A stretch of DNA of 64,000 bases from assembly GCA_964559985.1 (NCBI GenBank), contig CAZLJX010000003.1, positions 16,450 to 80,449 of the forward strand, written 5' to 3'. The notes beneath the pieces were generated by a model. The model did no database searches and had not been told where the DNA came from. It saw nothing but the letters and a program-made list of their open reading frames with translations. The position numbers and the translations under genes were made by a program. Shown here in pieces: positions 20,797-29,965 of the stretch (position 1 is its first letter; the number at the start of each line of letters is the position of its first letter). This DNA is from an uncultured Bacteroidales bacterium. Lineage in GTDB: Bacteria; Bacteroidota; Bacteroidia; Bacteroidales; CAZLJX01.

Positions 20797-22159
20797 TCTG
20801 AAGTTGTTTGTTCACCTCACGCAGGTTGTTGGCAGTGCGTGTAAAATACTGATGATTCGAAATAAATTTTACCTGTATTTTATTCCAGTCATTGATGTTG
20901 GTAATCTTATTCTGTGCCTTCAATTCTTCAAATAAGGTATTTGAAACCGGTATGAAATCACTTCGTCCAAGATAGTCGAGATCAGAATCACACATAATTT
21001 TTTCAAGCGTATTTTTTGGTACAGGTGGCAGTTTGGTAGCCATTATCAACTGGCAGATTTTTTCAATCTGTTCATCGGTATATTTATATTTTGGTAAGAA
21101 TTCTTTCGCAATTTCGGTACCAAAAAATTCATGATTGTCATATCCTTTGATATGGCCAGCATCGTGAAATAAAGCGGCTGTTTTCAGCAATAAAATTTCT
21201 TCTTCGCTGACTCCTTCACCCAGTCCTATAAGTTCAACCTGATTGACAACATCAATGGTATGCTTAAAATTATGATACAATAAAAACCTGGGTAATTCTT
21301 TTTCAAGCATATCGAGAATAATTTCCTGCAGATCGGCAAACTGGCGAAGCAGGTATTTAATAATATAGGCATGATTTGGCAGATGCGAAAATCCATCGGC
21401 GCACAGGTGGGGTTTTATTCCCGTAACATTATACATTTCAATGTCGCCAATATATTTTACAGGCATTTTTCCGCAATATTCACATATAAAATATTCACTT
21501 ACCAGCTCATAAGTCATAAGTGAAATGGTGATATTGCCAAATTTACCGGATGATTGCAACCGGCTGGCAATGTTTACTGTATCGCCCTTGATATTGTATG
21601 CCACTTTTTTCCGTCCGAAAGTGGAGACTGTAACCGGCCCGGTATGAATACCAATGCGCAGATCCCAGACATTTTCGCCGTTTTCGAGCGTGCGGTTGGC
21701 TTTGCGGTATAAAAGGTAATGCATCTCCAGGGCTGCCTGTACCACATCGAGCGGGTTGGTGATGTTTTTTACCGGAATACCTCCGGTGCACATATATGTA
21801 TCGCCAATGGTTTTAATTTTCTCAATTTTATACTTCGATACAATGTTATCAAACTGGATAAACATCCCGTCAAGTTCATCAATGATGTCGTGTGATAATT
21901 CAAGATCAGAAATTTTTGTAAATCCCTGTATATCAGCAAAAAGAACAGTGGCCATTTTGAATTTGCTGATCCGTTCTTCATCAGCACTCTGTCCTGATTG
22001 TGTGCTGATCTGCTGGGCAACCTTTATCTGCTCGTCCAGCTTTTTCTGAAGTTCTTCGTTCTTTGCTGTCAGCTCTTTCACCAAACCGGTAAGTTCCTGG
22101 TTATGTTTTATCAACATAGCGATACGTTTGACCAGGTCTTTTTCATTCGGTTTGTTCAT
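20765..22159 (-). CDS. class III adenylate/guanylate cyclase fused to a PDE-like HD phosphohydrolase domain
   Basis: 464 aa. N-terminal coiled coil (ELTGLVKELTAKNEELQKKLDEQ). Cyclase motifs VLFADIQGFT, KIKTIGDTYMC, RIGIHTGPV, GDTVNIASRLQS, so the metal Asp, Lys, Asn and Arg are all present. HD domain: YHNFKHTIDVVNQV...AALFHDAGH...CDSDLDYLG. A TATGTTTG -7-like box lies at 22192-22199 on the - strand. Confidence 0.85.
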   Translation of the reverse strand: MNKPNEKDLVKRIAMLIKHNQELTGLVKELTAKNEELQKKLDEQIKVAQQISTQSGQSADEERISKFKMATVLFADIQGFTKISDLELSHDIIDELDGMFIQFDNIVSKYKIEKIKTIGDTYMCTGGIPVKNITNPLDVVQAALEMHYLLYRKANRTLENGENVWDLRIGIHTGPVTVSTFGRKKVAYNIKGDTVNIASRLQSSGKFGNITISLMTYELVSEYFICEYCGKMPVKYIGDIEMYNVTGIKPHLCADGFSHLPNHAYIIKYLLRQFADLQEIILDMLEKELPRFLLYHNFKHTIDVVNQVELIGLGEGVSEEEILLLKTAALFHDAGHIKGYDNHEFFGTEIAKEFLPKYKYTDEQIEKICQLIMATKLPPVPKNTLEKIMCDSDLDYLGRSDFIPVSNTLFEELKAQNKITNINDWNKIQVKFISNHQYFTRTANNLREVNKQLQIERIKKLIVD

Positions 22160-22418
22160 GACAATAAAATATCTTTTCTATTTCGTCTTTTCAAACATAA
22201 ACTGTTCATTGACCAACATCCGGTTGGTCTGGGACATTTTCAGTTATTATATGGTTTTTATCGGATGTAAAAATTATTACAGGTTCAGGTTTGCATACCG
22301 GGATAATATCGCTGTGGATGTGAAAATATTGTATTATTTTTATCATTTTCATAATCACGGGTATGTGATTAAAAGCAGGAATTAACTTTTTGAACTAAAA
22401 TTACATAAAAAAATTCAA

Positions 22419-23564
22419 ATGTTATCACCCAAACAACAAAATATTATCGAAAAAATCATACATCTTACCATAAATCAAAACCTTCATGCCGATAAAGCCA
22501 TTCAACATCTTTTTGATGCTGAAAATATAGAGGCTTCCGGAGAAAAACAAACCATTGCCAAGATTGCTTATGACATAATCAGGTGGTACCGTTTGCTGGT
22601 TTACCTGCAGGCCTTGCATGGTGATAAAAATATTTTTCATACCTATTTCAAACAAATCGGCTATATTGAGAAACCAGTAATGTCAGGCAGCTTGAACCTA
22701 TCAAGGGCAATGCGTTACGCTATACCCGACTGGCTTGATGATCTGGCATACAAAGAACTTGGAGAAGAATGGGAAAAAGAGCTTTGCTTTCTCCAAACAG
22801 CTGCCCCTGTTTATCTAAGGGTCAATACACTGAAAAACAGTCCTGAAGAATTAACTGAATTACTCGATTCGGAAGGAGTCGTGGTTAAAAAGCTTAAAAA
22901 TCATCCCTATGCGCTGGTAATCAATGAATATGCCAACGTTTTTAATACCAAGGCTTTTCAAAAAGGTCTTTTTGAAGTTCAGGATGCAGGTTCTCAGCTT
23001 ATTGCCCCTATGCTTGACGTCAGTCCCGGCATGCGTGTGATTGACGGTTGTGCCGGAAACGGTGGAAAAACTTTACATTTAGCTGATTTAATGAAAAATA
23101 AAGGTAAAATTATTGCCCTCGATATTTCCGAAGCAAAGCTAAAAACCATCCAGATAAGGGCCTCCCGTGCCGGTATCAATATCATTGAACCAAGGCTGAT
23201 TACATCTACCAAAGTAGTAAAAAGGTTAAACAGCTCGGCACAACGTGTATTGCTCGATGTTCCATGCTCCGGTCTTGGCGTATTGAGGCGTAACCCCGAT
23301 ATTAAATACCATCTGACACCAACCATACTTGAAGAAATTAAAAACAAACAATATGACCTGCTAAAACGCTATTCCCTGATGGTAAAACCCGGAGGCAGAC
23401 TATTGTATTCTACCTGTAGTATTCTGCCATCGGAGAATCAACAACAGGTGCAGCATTTCCTTTCAGAAAGTTCTTGTTTTAAGCTGGTTGAAGAAAAAAA
23501 TATTCTTCCCTCTCAAACCGGATACGATGGGTTTTATATGGCATTGATGCTCAGGGAAGAATAA
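22419..23564 (+). CDS. RsmB/NOP2-family SAM-dependent RNA (cytosine-C5) methyltransferase
   Basis: 381 aa. VIDGCAGNGGKTLHLADLM (SAM motif I), LLDVPCSGLGVLRRNPDIKY and LLYSTCSILPSEN (the two catalytic Cys motifs). Confidence 0.8.
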   Translation: MLSPKQQNIIEKIIHLTINQNLHADKAIQHLFDAENIEASGEKQTIAKIAYDIIRWYRLLVYLQALHGDKNIFHTYFKQIGYIEKPVMSGSLNLSRAMRYAIPDWLDDLAYKELGEEWEKELCFLQTAAPVYLRVNTLKNSPEELTELLDSEGVVVKKLKNHPYALVINEYANVFNTKAFQKGLFEVQDAGSQLIAPMLDVSPGMRVIDGCAGNGGKTLHLADLMKNKGKIIALDISEAKLKTIQIRASRAGINIIEPRLITSTKVVKRLNSSAQRVLLDVPCSGLGVLRRNPDIKYHLTPTILEEIKNKQYDLLKRYSLMVKPGGRLLYSTCSILPSENQQQVQHFLSESSCFKLVEEKNILPSQTGYDGFYMALMLREE

Positions 23565-23568
23565 TTTT

Positions 23569-25116
23569 TCAGTAAACAAAAAACCTTTTAAGTTTACAAT
23601 TTTTCGAGGTGGTCAACCTGAAATAATAAATCCCGGGATTTAACCCCGCGGTATTAAAATATTCGATATATTTTCCGGTAGTCATACTGTTATTAGTAAG
23701 AATTTCAGCCACAATACGACCCATGTTATCCAACACAGCGAGGTTAACTACCTCAGGCCGGCGCAGTTTGAATGAATAATAAACTTTTTCAATGGCCGGG
23801 TTAGGAAATACATTCATTTCATAAACCTCATGCTGAAAGGGGCTTTCGATGGGTGTCTGATTCATATCAACCAAAGCAGTCCATATACTGAGTTGCGTGT
23901 TATCGAGCCTTGTCCAGATTGGCCTTACAATATCGTTATGAGCAGTAATGTTGTTGTAATCGCCAAAAAACACGTACGAAACAGGGAGGAAAGGAGATTC
24001 GCTGATACAAAAATTTTCAAAACTGGTTCCTCCGTCACGCGAAACAGCTAAAAAAACATCGGTATTATTATCATTGTAATAACGCCGGTCGTAAAATACA
24101 AAATAGAGGTAACCATTGGTCTGATCGATGGTCATCCATGTAAAAAACTGGTGGGTGGCCGTATTGTCATCATTTACCCTGACAGGCTGACTCCAGGTGT
24201 TTCCCCCATCGGTTGATTCTGAAAGCCAGACATCGGTATCATCTTCTCCGTTACGCTGATCGGTCCAGTTTACATATATAGTTCCCCTGTAAGGGCTGTT
24301 GCTGGTATCGCATGCAGTTACAGGAAGTCCGTTGCACCTGTATATTCCCGGGACATTGTAATCCCATCCACCCGGCTGGTCAGCAATAAAAATATCATTT
24401 TCGAGCCATGTTTCTCCCATATCGGTTGAACGATCGAACATAATGCCCACCGGTCCCGACCATGCCACATAAACCTCGCCGTTGGGGCCAACGGCCGGTA
24501 CAGCACCTTCCACGGTATTGTCAGAATCAATGCAATCGCCTCCTTGCTGGCTTATGCGGCGTACAGTATTCCAGGTAATGCCGGCATCTTCTGACCGTGC
24601 AAATAAAATCAATGAACTGTCAGATGAAAGGCCGCTTCCGTAGCTATCGAACTGTGTCCATGTAACATAAATATTGTTGTTTCTACGGTCAACCACAGCC
24701 CATTCTTTATCCTGTTCCTTGTTGCCATTGAGAAAAGTAAATGACCCGTTATTCCATGTAACACCATGATTGATAGATTTTTGACAAACAATCCGATCAA
24801 TCCAGTTTCCCTGAAGCGGGTTGGATAAATGAAAAAAATAGAAGGCTCCGGAAGTATCGGTAATAATACATGGATCGCCCCATACACCGTAGGATGATGA
24901 TAAATTCCCTTTTGTCCACGTGCGGCCTGTATCAGACGAATAAAAAAACATGTTGATATTGGCTGCAGCAACCATATAAGTAGGGTTTTTCGGATCGATG
25001 CAAATACCGGGTTCTTCAGGGTTCCCGGTATTGGTTATCATGATATTGCTGTATTGACCCTTAACCTGCAGCATGGCAAGCATTATTATAAACAGTATGA
25101 AAAGAGACCACCTCAT
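23569..25116 (-). CDS. BNR/Asp-box repeat (sialidase-fold) protein with T9SS C-terminal domain
   Basis: 515 aa with a signal peptide. Six SxDxGxTW-type boxes: SSDTGRTW, SINHGVTW, SEDAGITW, STDMGETW, STDGGNTW, SRDGGTSF. CTD: MNVFPNPAIEKVYY...GIYYFRLTTSKNCKLKRFFVY. Confidence 0.75.
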   Translation of the reverse strand: MRWSLFILFIIMLAMLQVKGQYSNIMITNTGNPEEPGICIDPKNPTYMVAAANINMFFYSSDTGRTWTKGNLSSSYGVWGDPCIITDTSGAFYFFHLSNPLQGNWIDRIVCQKSINHGVTWNNGSFTFLNGNKEQDKEWAVVDRRNNNIYVTWTQFDSYGSGLSSDSSLILFARSEDAGITWNTVRRISQQGGDCIDSDNTVEGAVPAVGPNGEVYVAWSGPVGIMFDRSTDMGETWLENDIFIADQPGGWDYNVPGIYRCNGLPVTACDTSNSPYRGTIYVNWTDQRNGEDDTDVWLSESTDGGNTWSQPVRVNDDNTATHQFFTWMTIDQTNGYLYFVFYDRRYYNDNNTDVFLAVSRDGGTSFENFCISESPFLPVSYVFFGDYNNITAHNDIVRPIWTRLDNTQLSIWTALVDMNQTPIESPFQHEVYEMNVFPNPAIEKVYYSFKLRRPEVVNLAVLDNMGRIVAEILTNNSMTTGKYIEYFNTAGLNPGIYYFRLTTSKNCKLKRFFVY

Positions 25117-25419
25117 CGAATATAATTTTAAGTGAATTGCCCTATAAAGTTAAGCTATTTTAATCTGAAAACACAATATTATAGCCCGTTTTTCCGGTTA
25201 CTGAATACCAATTTACGAATGAAAGAAGGTTAAATATATCTCTTTAATAACTTCAAAAATTATAATGAAGACCTATCGTTTTCAAATCAGGCTTATTATC
25301 TAAAAGCAAAGCTGGTAATCAATAAATTATTGTCTTTCATATTTTTATTTTCGGTAAAAAAAGATATATTTGTTTAACATTTGGCCTTAGCAAATCAACC
25401 TGTTCTAAAAAAAAGTCAC

Positions 25420-27795
25420 ATGAAAAAAATATTTTACACAGGAATAGCCATTATTTTACTGGCAGGCATAAACAGCTGTAAAAAAGATGATAATACGATT
25501 AACCCCGGTGATGTGGTTATTTCTGACAAGGTAAAAGTGATCGATGATCAGGCCTGGAACAATAATTTTGTGTCGTTTGACACGGCAAACAATATTATTG
25601 TATTGAATGAAGCCATTAGTACCGTAAAATCCTTTAAAACCGGCGATATTATTCTTTCATCCGCAGGAGAAGGATTATTGAAAAAGGTTAAAAACATCAG
25701 TCAGAGTGATGGCCAGCTTATAATAGAAACCGATTCGGCATGCCTGACAGAGGTTATACAACAGGGATTGATTGAATTTGAAGTGCCACTGACCTCCACC
25801 ATGATAAAAAGCATTGATTACCATTATCCCGGGATGGTGTTAAAAAACACAGACCTGAAAAGTACAGACCAGACCATGTTAGCATGGGATATAAATATTG
25901 TGCTTTATGATTATGATGGCAACCAGGCAACCACAGGCGACCAGATAAAACTTCTAGGTAATTTAAACTGTAACTGGACGATATCCACAAAAATTGATAT
26001 TGGATTTTTTGAGGGCTTAAAAGAGGTAAAATTTGGTTTTGAATCGGGTGAAAACATGGATTTGCAACTGGTTGCCGGATTGCAATATAGTTTTGAGAAA
26101 AAATTTACCCTTGCCACTGTTAATTTTGCGCCTATTACCATCATGGTTGGGCCGGTACCTGTCGTATTTACACCGCAATTTAAAATTGTTGCAGGTGTCG
26201 ACGGGTATGCCAATGCATCGGTAACTTCAGAAGTCGGGCAGAGTATTTCGTTTAACGCAGGGATAAGATATCTGAAAAACCAGGGATGGGCACCCTACCA
26301 GTCTTTTACAAAAAGCCTAACTTTTGACCCGCCTCAGTTGAACATGAATGCAGGTGCAGGTGCTTATGTCAAACCTGAAATGAGTGTGAAATTATATAGC
26401 GTTGCCGGTCCTTTTGCAAACCTTAAAATTTATGGTAAACTGAATGCAAACCTCCTTGAATCGCCATGGTGGAAGCTTTATGGAGGGATGACCATGAACG
26501 CCGGTGTAAAAATGGAAATTTTTAACAGGTTTCAGTTAGATTTTACCGTCAGCGATCTTATTAAGTACGAAATAGTATTAAGTCAGGCAACTACGCCACC
26601 TGTAACCATACCCTCAGTTACAACCACCTCAATTACAGATATATTCCAGTCAGGAGCCACCGGAGGTGGAAATGTAACTTCATCCGGAAATGGTACGGTA
26701 ACGGCAAGAGGTATATGCTGGAATACCTCTCAAAATCCTGTTGTTACAAACAACCACACTTCCGATGGTACCGGGACCGGGAGTTTTACCAGTAATATTA
26801 CAGGGTTAACAGCCAATACAACCTACTTTGTCAGGGCTTATGCTACCAACAGTGCCGGTACCGCTTATGGTAACCAGGTAAATTTTACCACTTCTCCCGT
26901 TCTGCAAATACCGGTAGTGGTTACCGGTAATGCCTCCAATATAACAAGTATAAGCGCTACTGTGGGTGGCGCAGTAACTTCCGATGGCAATGCTTCTGTT
27001 TCAGAAAGAGGGATTTACTGGGGTAGTCAGGCTAACCCTGTAAGCACCGGAACCAAATTGCCAATTGGATCAGGAACAGGTTCCTTTTCAGCGCAACTTA
27101 CTGATTTAATTTCTTCTACAACCTATTATTATGTAGCCTATGCAATCAACAGTGTTGGTGAAGCACGAGGCAGTGAATTAATTTTTACCACTGCTTACCA
27201 GGGGCAACCCGGCACAGTTACAGATATAGAAGGTAATATTTATAATACGGTCATCATTGGTTCACAGGAGTGGATGGCTGAAAACCTGAGAACCGGCAAA
27301 TACAATAATGGCAATGATATTCCAAAAATAACCGATAATAATACCTGGGTCAACCTCTCCGGTTCAGGTTACTGCTGGTATAATAATGATAGTACTGCTT
27401 ATGCGCTGATATACGGAGCATTATATAACTGGTACACCATTGAAACAGGCAATCTCTGCCCCACCGGCTGGCATGTTCCATCAGATGCCGAGTGGAGTAC
27501 TATGGTTGATTTTGCAGGTGGAGCATCAATAGCCGGAGGGAAACTGAAAGCTACCAGCGGTTGGTCCAACAACGGTAACGGAACAGATGATTACGGCTAC
27601 ACAGCCATGCCCGGCGGCTATCGTAACTACGACGGAACATTCGGGTATATCACCAACTTTGGTATGTGGTGGAGTGCCACCGAAAACAATAATAATAACG
27701 CATGGTTAAGAAGTATGTATTACAACAACAACAGCGTGGGAAGAAACCAGAATGCCAAACGTTATGGATTTTCAGTCCGTTGCATTAAAAATTAA
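25420..27795 (+). CDS. lipoprotein with an unassigned N-terminal half, two Ig/FN3-like repeats and a C-terminal FISUMP (Fibrobacter succinogenes major paralogous) domain
   Basis: ATG at 25420 (MKKIFYTGIAIILLAGINSCKKDD, lipobox) is preferred over the TTG at 25381. C-terminus VTDIEGNIYNTVIIGSQEWMAENL...YGALYNWYT...CPTGWHVPSDAEWSTM...GGYR...MWWSATE...YGFSVRCIKN matches the FISUMP pattern. Confidence 0.75.
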   Translation: MKKIFYTGIAIILLAGINSCKKDDNTINPGDVVISDKVKVIDDQAWNNNFVSFDTANNIIVLNEAISTVKSFKTGDIILSSAGEGLLKKVKNISQSDGQLIIETDSACLTEVIQQGLIEFEVPLTSTMIKSIDYHYPGMVLKNTDLKSTDQTMLAWDINIVLYDYDGNQATTGDQIKLLGNLNCNWTISTKIDIGFFEGLKEVKFGFESGENMDLQLVAGLQYSFEKKFTLATVNFAPITIMVGPVPVVFTPQFKIVAGVDGYANASVTSEVGQSISFNAGIRYLKNQGWAPYQSFTKSLTFDPPQLNMNAGAGAYVKPEMSVKLYSVAGPFANLKIYGKLNANLLESPWWKLYGGMTMNAGVKMEIFNRFQLDFTVSDLIKYEIVLSQATTPPVTIPSVTTTSITDIFQSGATGGGNVTSSGNGTVTARGICWNTSQNPVVTNNHTSDGTGTGSFTSNITGLTANTTYFVRAYATNSAGTAYGNQVNFTTSPVLQIPVVVTGNASNITSISATVGGAVTSDGNASVSERGIYWGSQANPVSTGTKLPIGSGTGSFSAQLTDLISSTTYYYVAYAINSVGEARGSELIFTTAYQGQPGTVTDIEGNIYNTVIIGSQEWMAENLRTGKYNNGNDIPKITDNNTWVNLSGSGYCWYNNDSTAYALIYGALYNWYTIETGNLCPTGWHVPSDAEWSTMVDFAGGASIAGGKLKATSGWSNNGNGTDDYGYTAMPGGYRNYDGTFGYITNFGMWWSATENNNNNAWLRSMYYNNNSVGRNQNAKRYGFSVRCIKN
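26611..27192 (+). repeat. two 94-aa in-frame protein repeats in a 300-nt register inside the FISUMP lipoprotein gene
   Basis: Repeat 1 (26611-26892): PSVTTTSITDI...ARGICWNTSQNPV...GTGTGSFTSNITGLTANTTYFVRAYATNSAGTAYGNQVNFTT. Repeat 2 (26911-27192): PVVVTGNASNI...ERGIYWGSQANPV...GSGTGSFSAQLTDLISSTTYYYVAYAINSVGEARGSELIFTT. Confidence 0.6.
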
Positions 27796-28016
27796 AATAT
27801 TGCATTGGTTACCGGTTTGTATTGAGAAGCCTGAAAATTATTTTTATTATTTTCTTGTCAATGCTGCTTAATTCAGATGATAGCAGCCAGGCTGTACGAA
27901 TGTCATAATAAAAAAAAACGACAAATAATTCCTGTAATTTGAATTTTATAACAGAAAAATATTATTTTCAAAGCTTGATATAAAACCATAATTTAATTAA
28001 AATCTGCATTTTATAA

Positions 28017-29000
28017 ATGATAGTCGGAATTTCTTATGATTTAAAGGATGATTACCTGGCAATGGGTTTTTCGGAGGAAGAAGCTGCCGAGTTTGATAAA
28101 CCCGAAACCATTGAAGGTATTGAAAATGCACTGAACGAGCTGGGCTACATGACCGAGCGTATAGGCAACCTGATGCAGCTTGTACCAATGCTGGCAAAGG
28201 GAAAAAGATGGGATATCGTATTTAACATCTGCGAAGGATTTTATGGCATAGGACGCGAAGCCCAGGTGCCTGCATTGCTCGATGCCTTCAATATTCCGTA
28301 TGTTTTCAGCGATGTACTGGTACTTTCACTGACATTGCATAAAGGAATGACAAAAACCATTGTCCGTCATGCCGGAATACCTACGGCCGACTTTATGGTG
28401 GTTGAATCAACACAGGATATTAAAAAAGTAAAGCTTCCCTTTCCGCTTTTTGCAAAACCCGTAGCCGAAGGAACCGGAAAAGGCATTGGACAGACTTCAA
28501 AAATAAAAGATCAAACTTCATTGAAACAGGTATGTAATGAATTACTTGCCCGTTTCAGGCAACCGGTTCTGGTTGAAACATTTCTTCCGGGACGCGAATT
28601 TACCGTTGGCATTGTTGGAACCGGAAAGGATGCACATGTCATTGGTGTGATGGAAATTGAACTGCTGCATACCGCTGAAAAAGAGGTTTATTCATATTTT
28701 AATAAAGAAAATTATATCGGGCGTGTACAATATTCGCTGGCCAGTGATCCTACAGCTGTTCTGGCCGGGAAAACAGCTGTTGACGCCTATCGTGTTCTGG
28801 GATGCCGCGATGGTGGCCGTATTGATATGAGATGCGATGCTGCCGGCATTCCAAATTTTATTGAAGTTAATCCTCTCGCAGGACTTAATTATGTGCACTC
28901 CGATCTTCCTATCCTGGCTTATAAAGCCGGATACTCCTTTACCCAACTGATTGAAATGATTATGAATTCAGCCTTAAAACGTTTAAAAAATGGAAAATAA
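28017..29000 (+). CDS. D-Ala-D-Ala ligase-like ATP-grasp ligase, paralog 1 (not the housekeeping Ddl)
   Basis: 327 aa. ATP-grasp pattern: PLFAKPVAEGTGKGI, VLVETFLPGREFTVGIVG, GGRIDMRCDAAGIPNFIEVNPLAGL. The N-terminus is unlike canonical Ddl. Confidence 0.8.
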   Translation: MIVGISYDLKDDYLAMGFSEEEAAEFDKPETIEGIENALNELGYMTERIGNLMQLVPMLAKGKRWDIVFNICEGFYGIGREAQVPALLDAFNIPYVFSDVLVLSLTLHKGMTKTIVRHAGIPTADFMVVESTQDIKKVKLPFPLFAKPVAEGTGKGIGQTSKIKDQTSLKQVCNELLARFRQPVLVETFLPGREFTVGIVGTGKDAHVIGVMEIELLHTAEKEVYSYFNKENYIGRVQYSLASDPTAVLAGKTAVDAYRVLGCRDGGRIDMRCDAAGIPNFIEVNPLAGLNYVHSDLPILAYKAGYSFTQLIEMIMNSALKRLKNGK

Positions 29001-29964
29001 TCTGCTTGCTATTGCCTATAACCAGGTTATGCCCAATGCCAAACCCGACGAACTGGATGTACTCGATGAAGTGAAACTGGTGAGAGAAACCGCCGAAAAA
29101 ATGGGATATCGCGTTGCCGAAGTGCCAGTTTCGATGAATCTTCGCGAAGCCCGTGACTTATTGGTATCGCTGAAACCTTTTTTAATTTTTAACATTGTTG
29201 AATCAATTGAAAACATTGGCGATCTTATCTTTTTTGCACCTGCTTTGTTCAGCTCGCTCGGAATTCCTTATACAGGCACAAAGCTTGAAAGTATGTTCAT
29301 TACATCCAATAAAGTACTGGCTAAAAAAGAAATGCTGGCCAACAAACTCCCTACTGCAGCTTGGTTTGAACCACAGCAGGTGCATCGGGTCAGGCCGGAT
29401 CGGAGATATATTTTAAAACCCATATGGGAAGAAGGTTCGCTTGGCCTTGATGAAGAAAATGTTTTTTGGGGGAATAACGATGCTATGAAGCATAAAATAA
29501 GCAAGTTGAGCCGCGATAAATTTTTTGTGGAGGAATATATTCATGGCCGCGAATTTAATGTTTCGATGCTTGCCGGTGAAAACGGGCCTGAAGTGATGCC
29601 CCCGGCCGAAATGCAATTTATCGGTTTCCCTGATGATAAACCAAAAGTAATGGGATATACGGCCAAATGGGTCGAAAATTCTTTTGAATATCACAACACT
29701 CGACGCACTTTTGACATGAAACCAGAGGATGAAAAACTCAAAGGAATTATTAACCAGATTTGCCTTGATTGCTGGAAAATTTTTGATTTACGCGGCCATG
29801 TCAGGGTTGATATGCGGTTTGATGAAAATACCCAGCCTTATATCCTCGAAATCAATACCAATCCATGTATCACCCCCGGAAGCGGTTTTTATACGGCCAC
29901 CGAATATGCAGGGTATTCTTTTGAAAAAGTATTAGAACGAATTATTAAAAACGCTATACAATAA
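28990..29964 (+). CDS. D-Ala-D-Ala ligase-like ATP-grasp ligase, paralog 2
   Basis: 324 aa. YILKPIWEEGSLGLD, FFVEEYIHGREFNVSML, GHVRVDMRFDENTQPYILEINTNPCITPGSGF. Overlaps paralog 1 by 11 nt. Confidence 0.8.
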   Translation: MENNLLAIAYNQVMPNAKPDELDVLDEVKLVRETAEKMGYRVAEVPVSMNLREARDLLVSLKPFLIFNIVESIENIGDLIFFAPALFSSLGIPYTGTKLESMFITSNKVLAKKEMLANKLPTAAWFEPQQVHRVRPDRRYILKPIWEEGSLGLDEENVFWGNNDAMKHKISKLSRDKFFVEEYIHGREFNVSMLAGENGPEVMPPAEMQFIGFPDDKPKVMGYTAKWVENSFEYHNTRRTFDMKPEDEKLKGIINQICLDCWKIFDLRGHVRVDMRFDENTQPYILEINTNPCITPGSGFYTATEYAGYSFEKVLERIIKNAIQ

Positions 29965-29965
29965 T

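Noticed and set aside
20765-22159. Calling the cyclase module a Pycsar or CBASS defence system
   Set aside because: I see no cyclic-nucleotide-binding, SAVED, TIR or transmembrane effector domain. The cyclase also carries its own HD domain, which is atypical for those systems. I kept it as a hypothesis in the findings, not as a call.
20084-22418. Genomic island or mobile element carrying the AT-rich module
   Set aside because: There is no integrase, transposase, flanking tRNA or direct repeats visible. Only the compositional dip supports foreign origin, so no mobile_element feature is called.
25381-25419. TTG start extension of the FISUMP lipoprotein
   Set aside because: The ATG at 25420 yields a canonical lipoprotein signal (MKKIFYTGIAIILLAGINSC). 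The upstream 13 codons add nothing recognisable.
28017-29964. Annotating either ATP-grasp gene as the housekeeping ddl
   Set aside because: There are two adjacent paralogs coupled to a GNAT, their N-termini are non-canonical, and there is no cell-wall gene context. The family assignment is retained but not the gene symbol.
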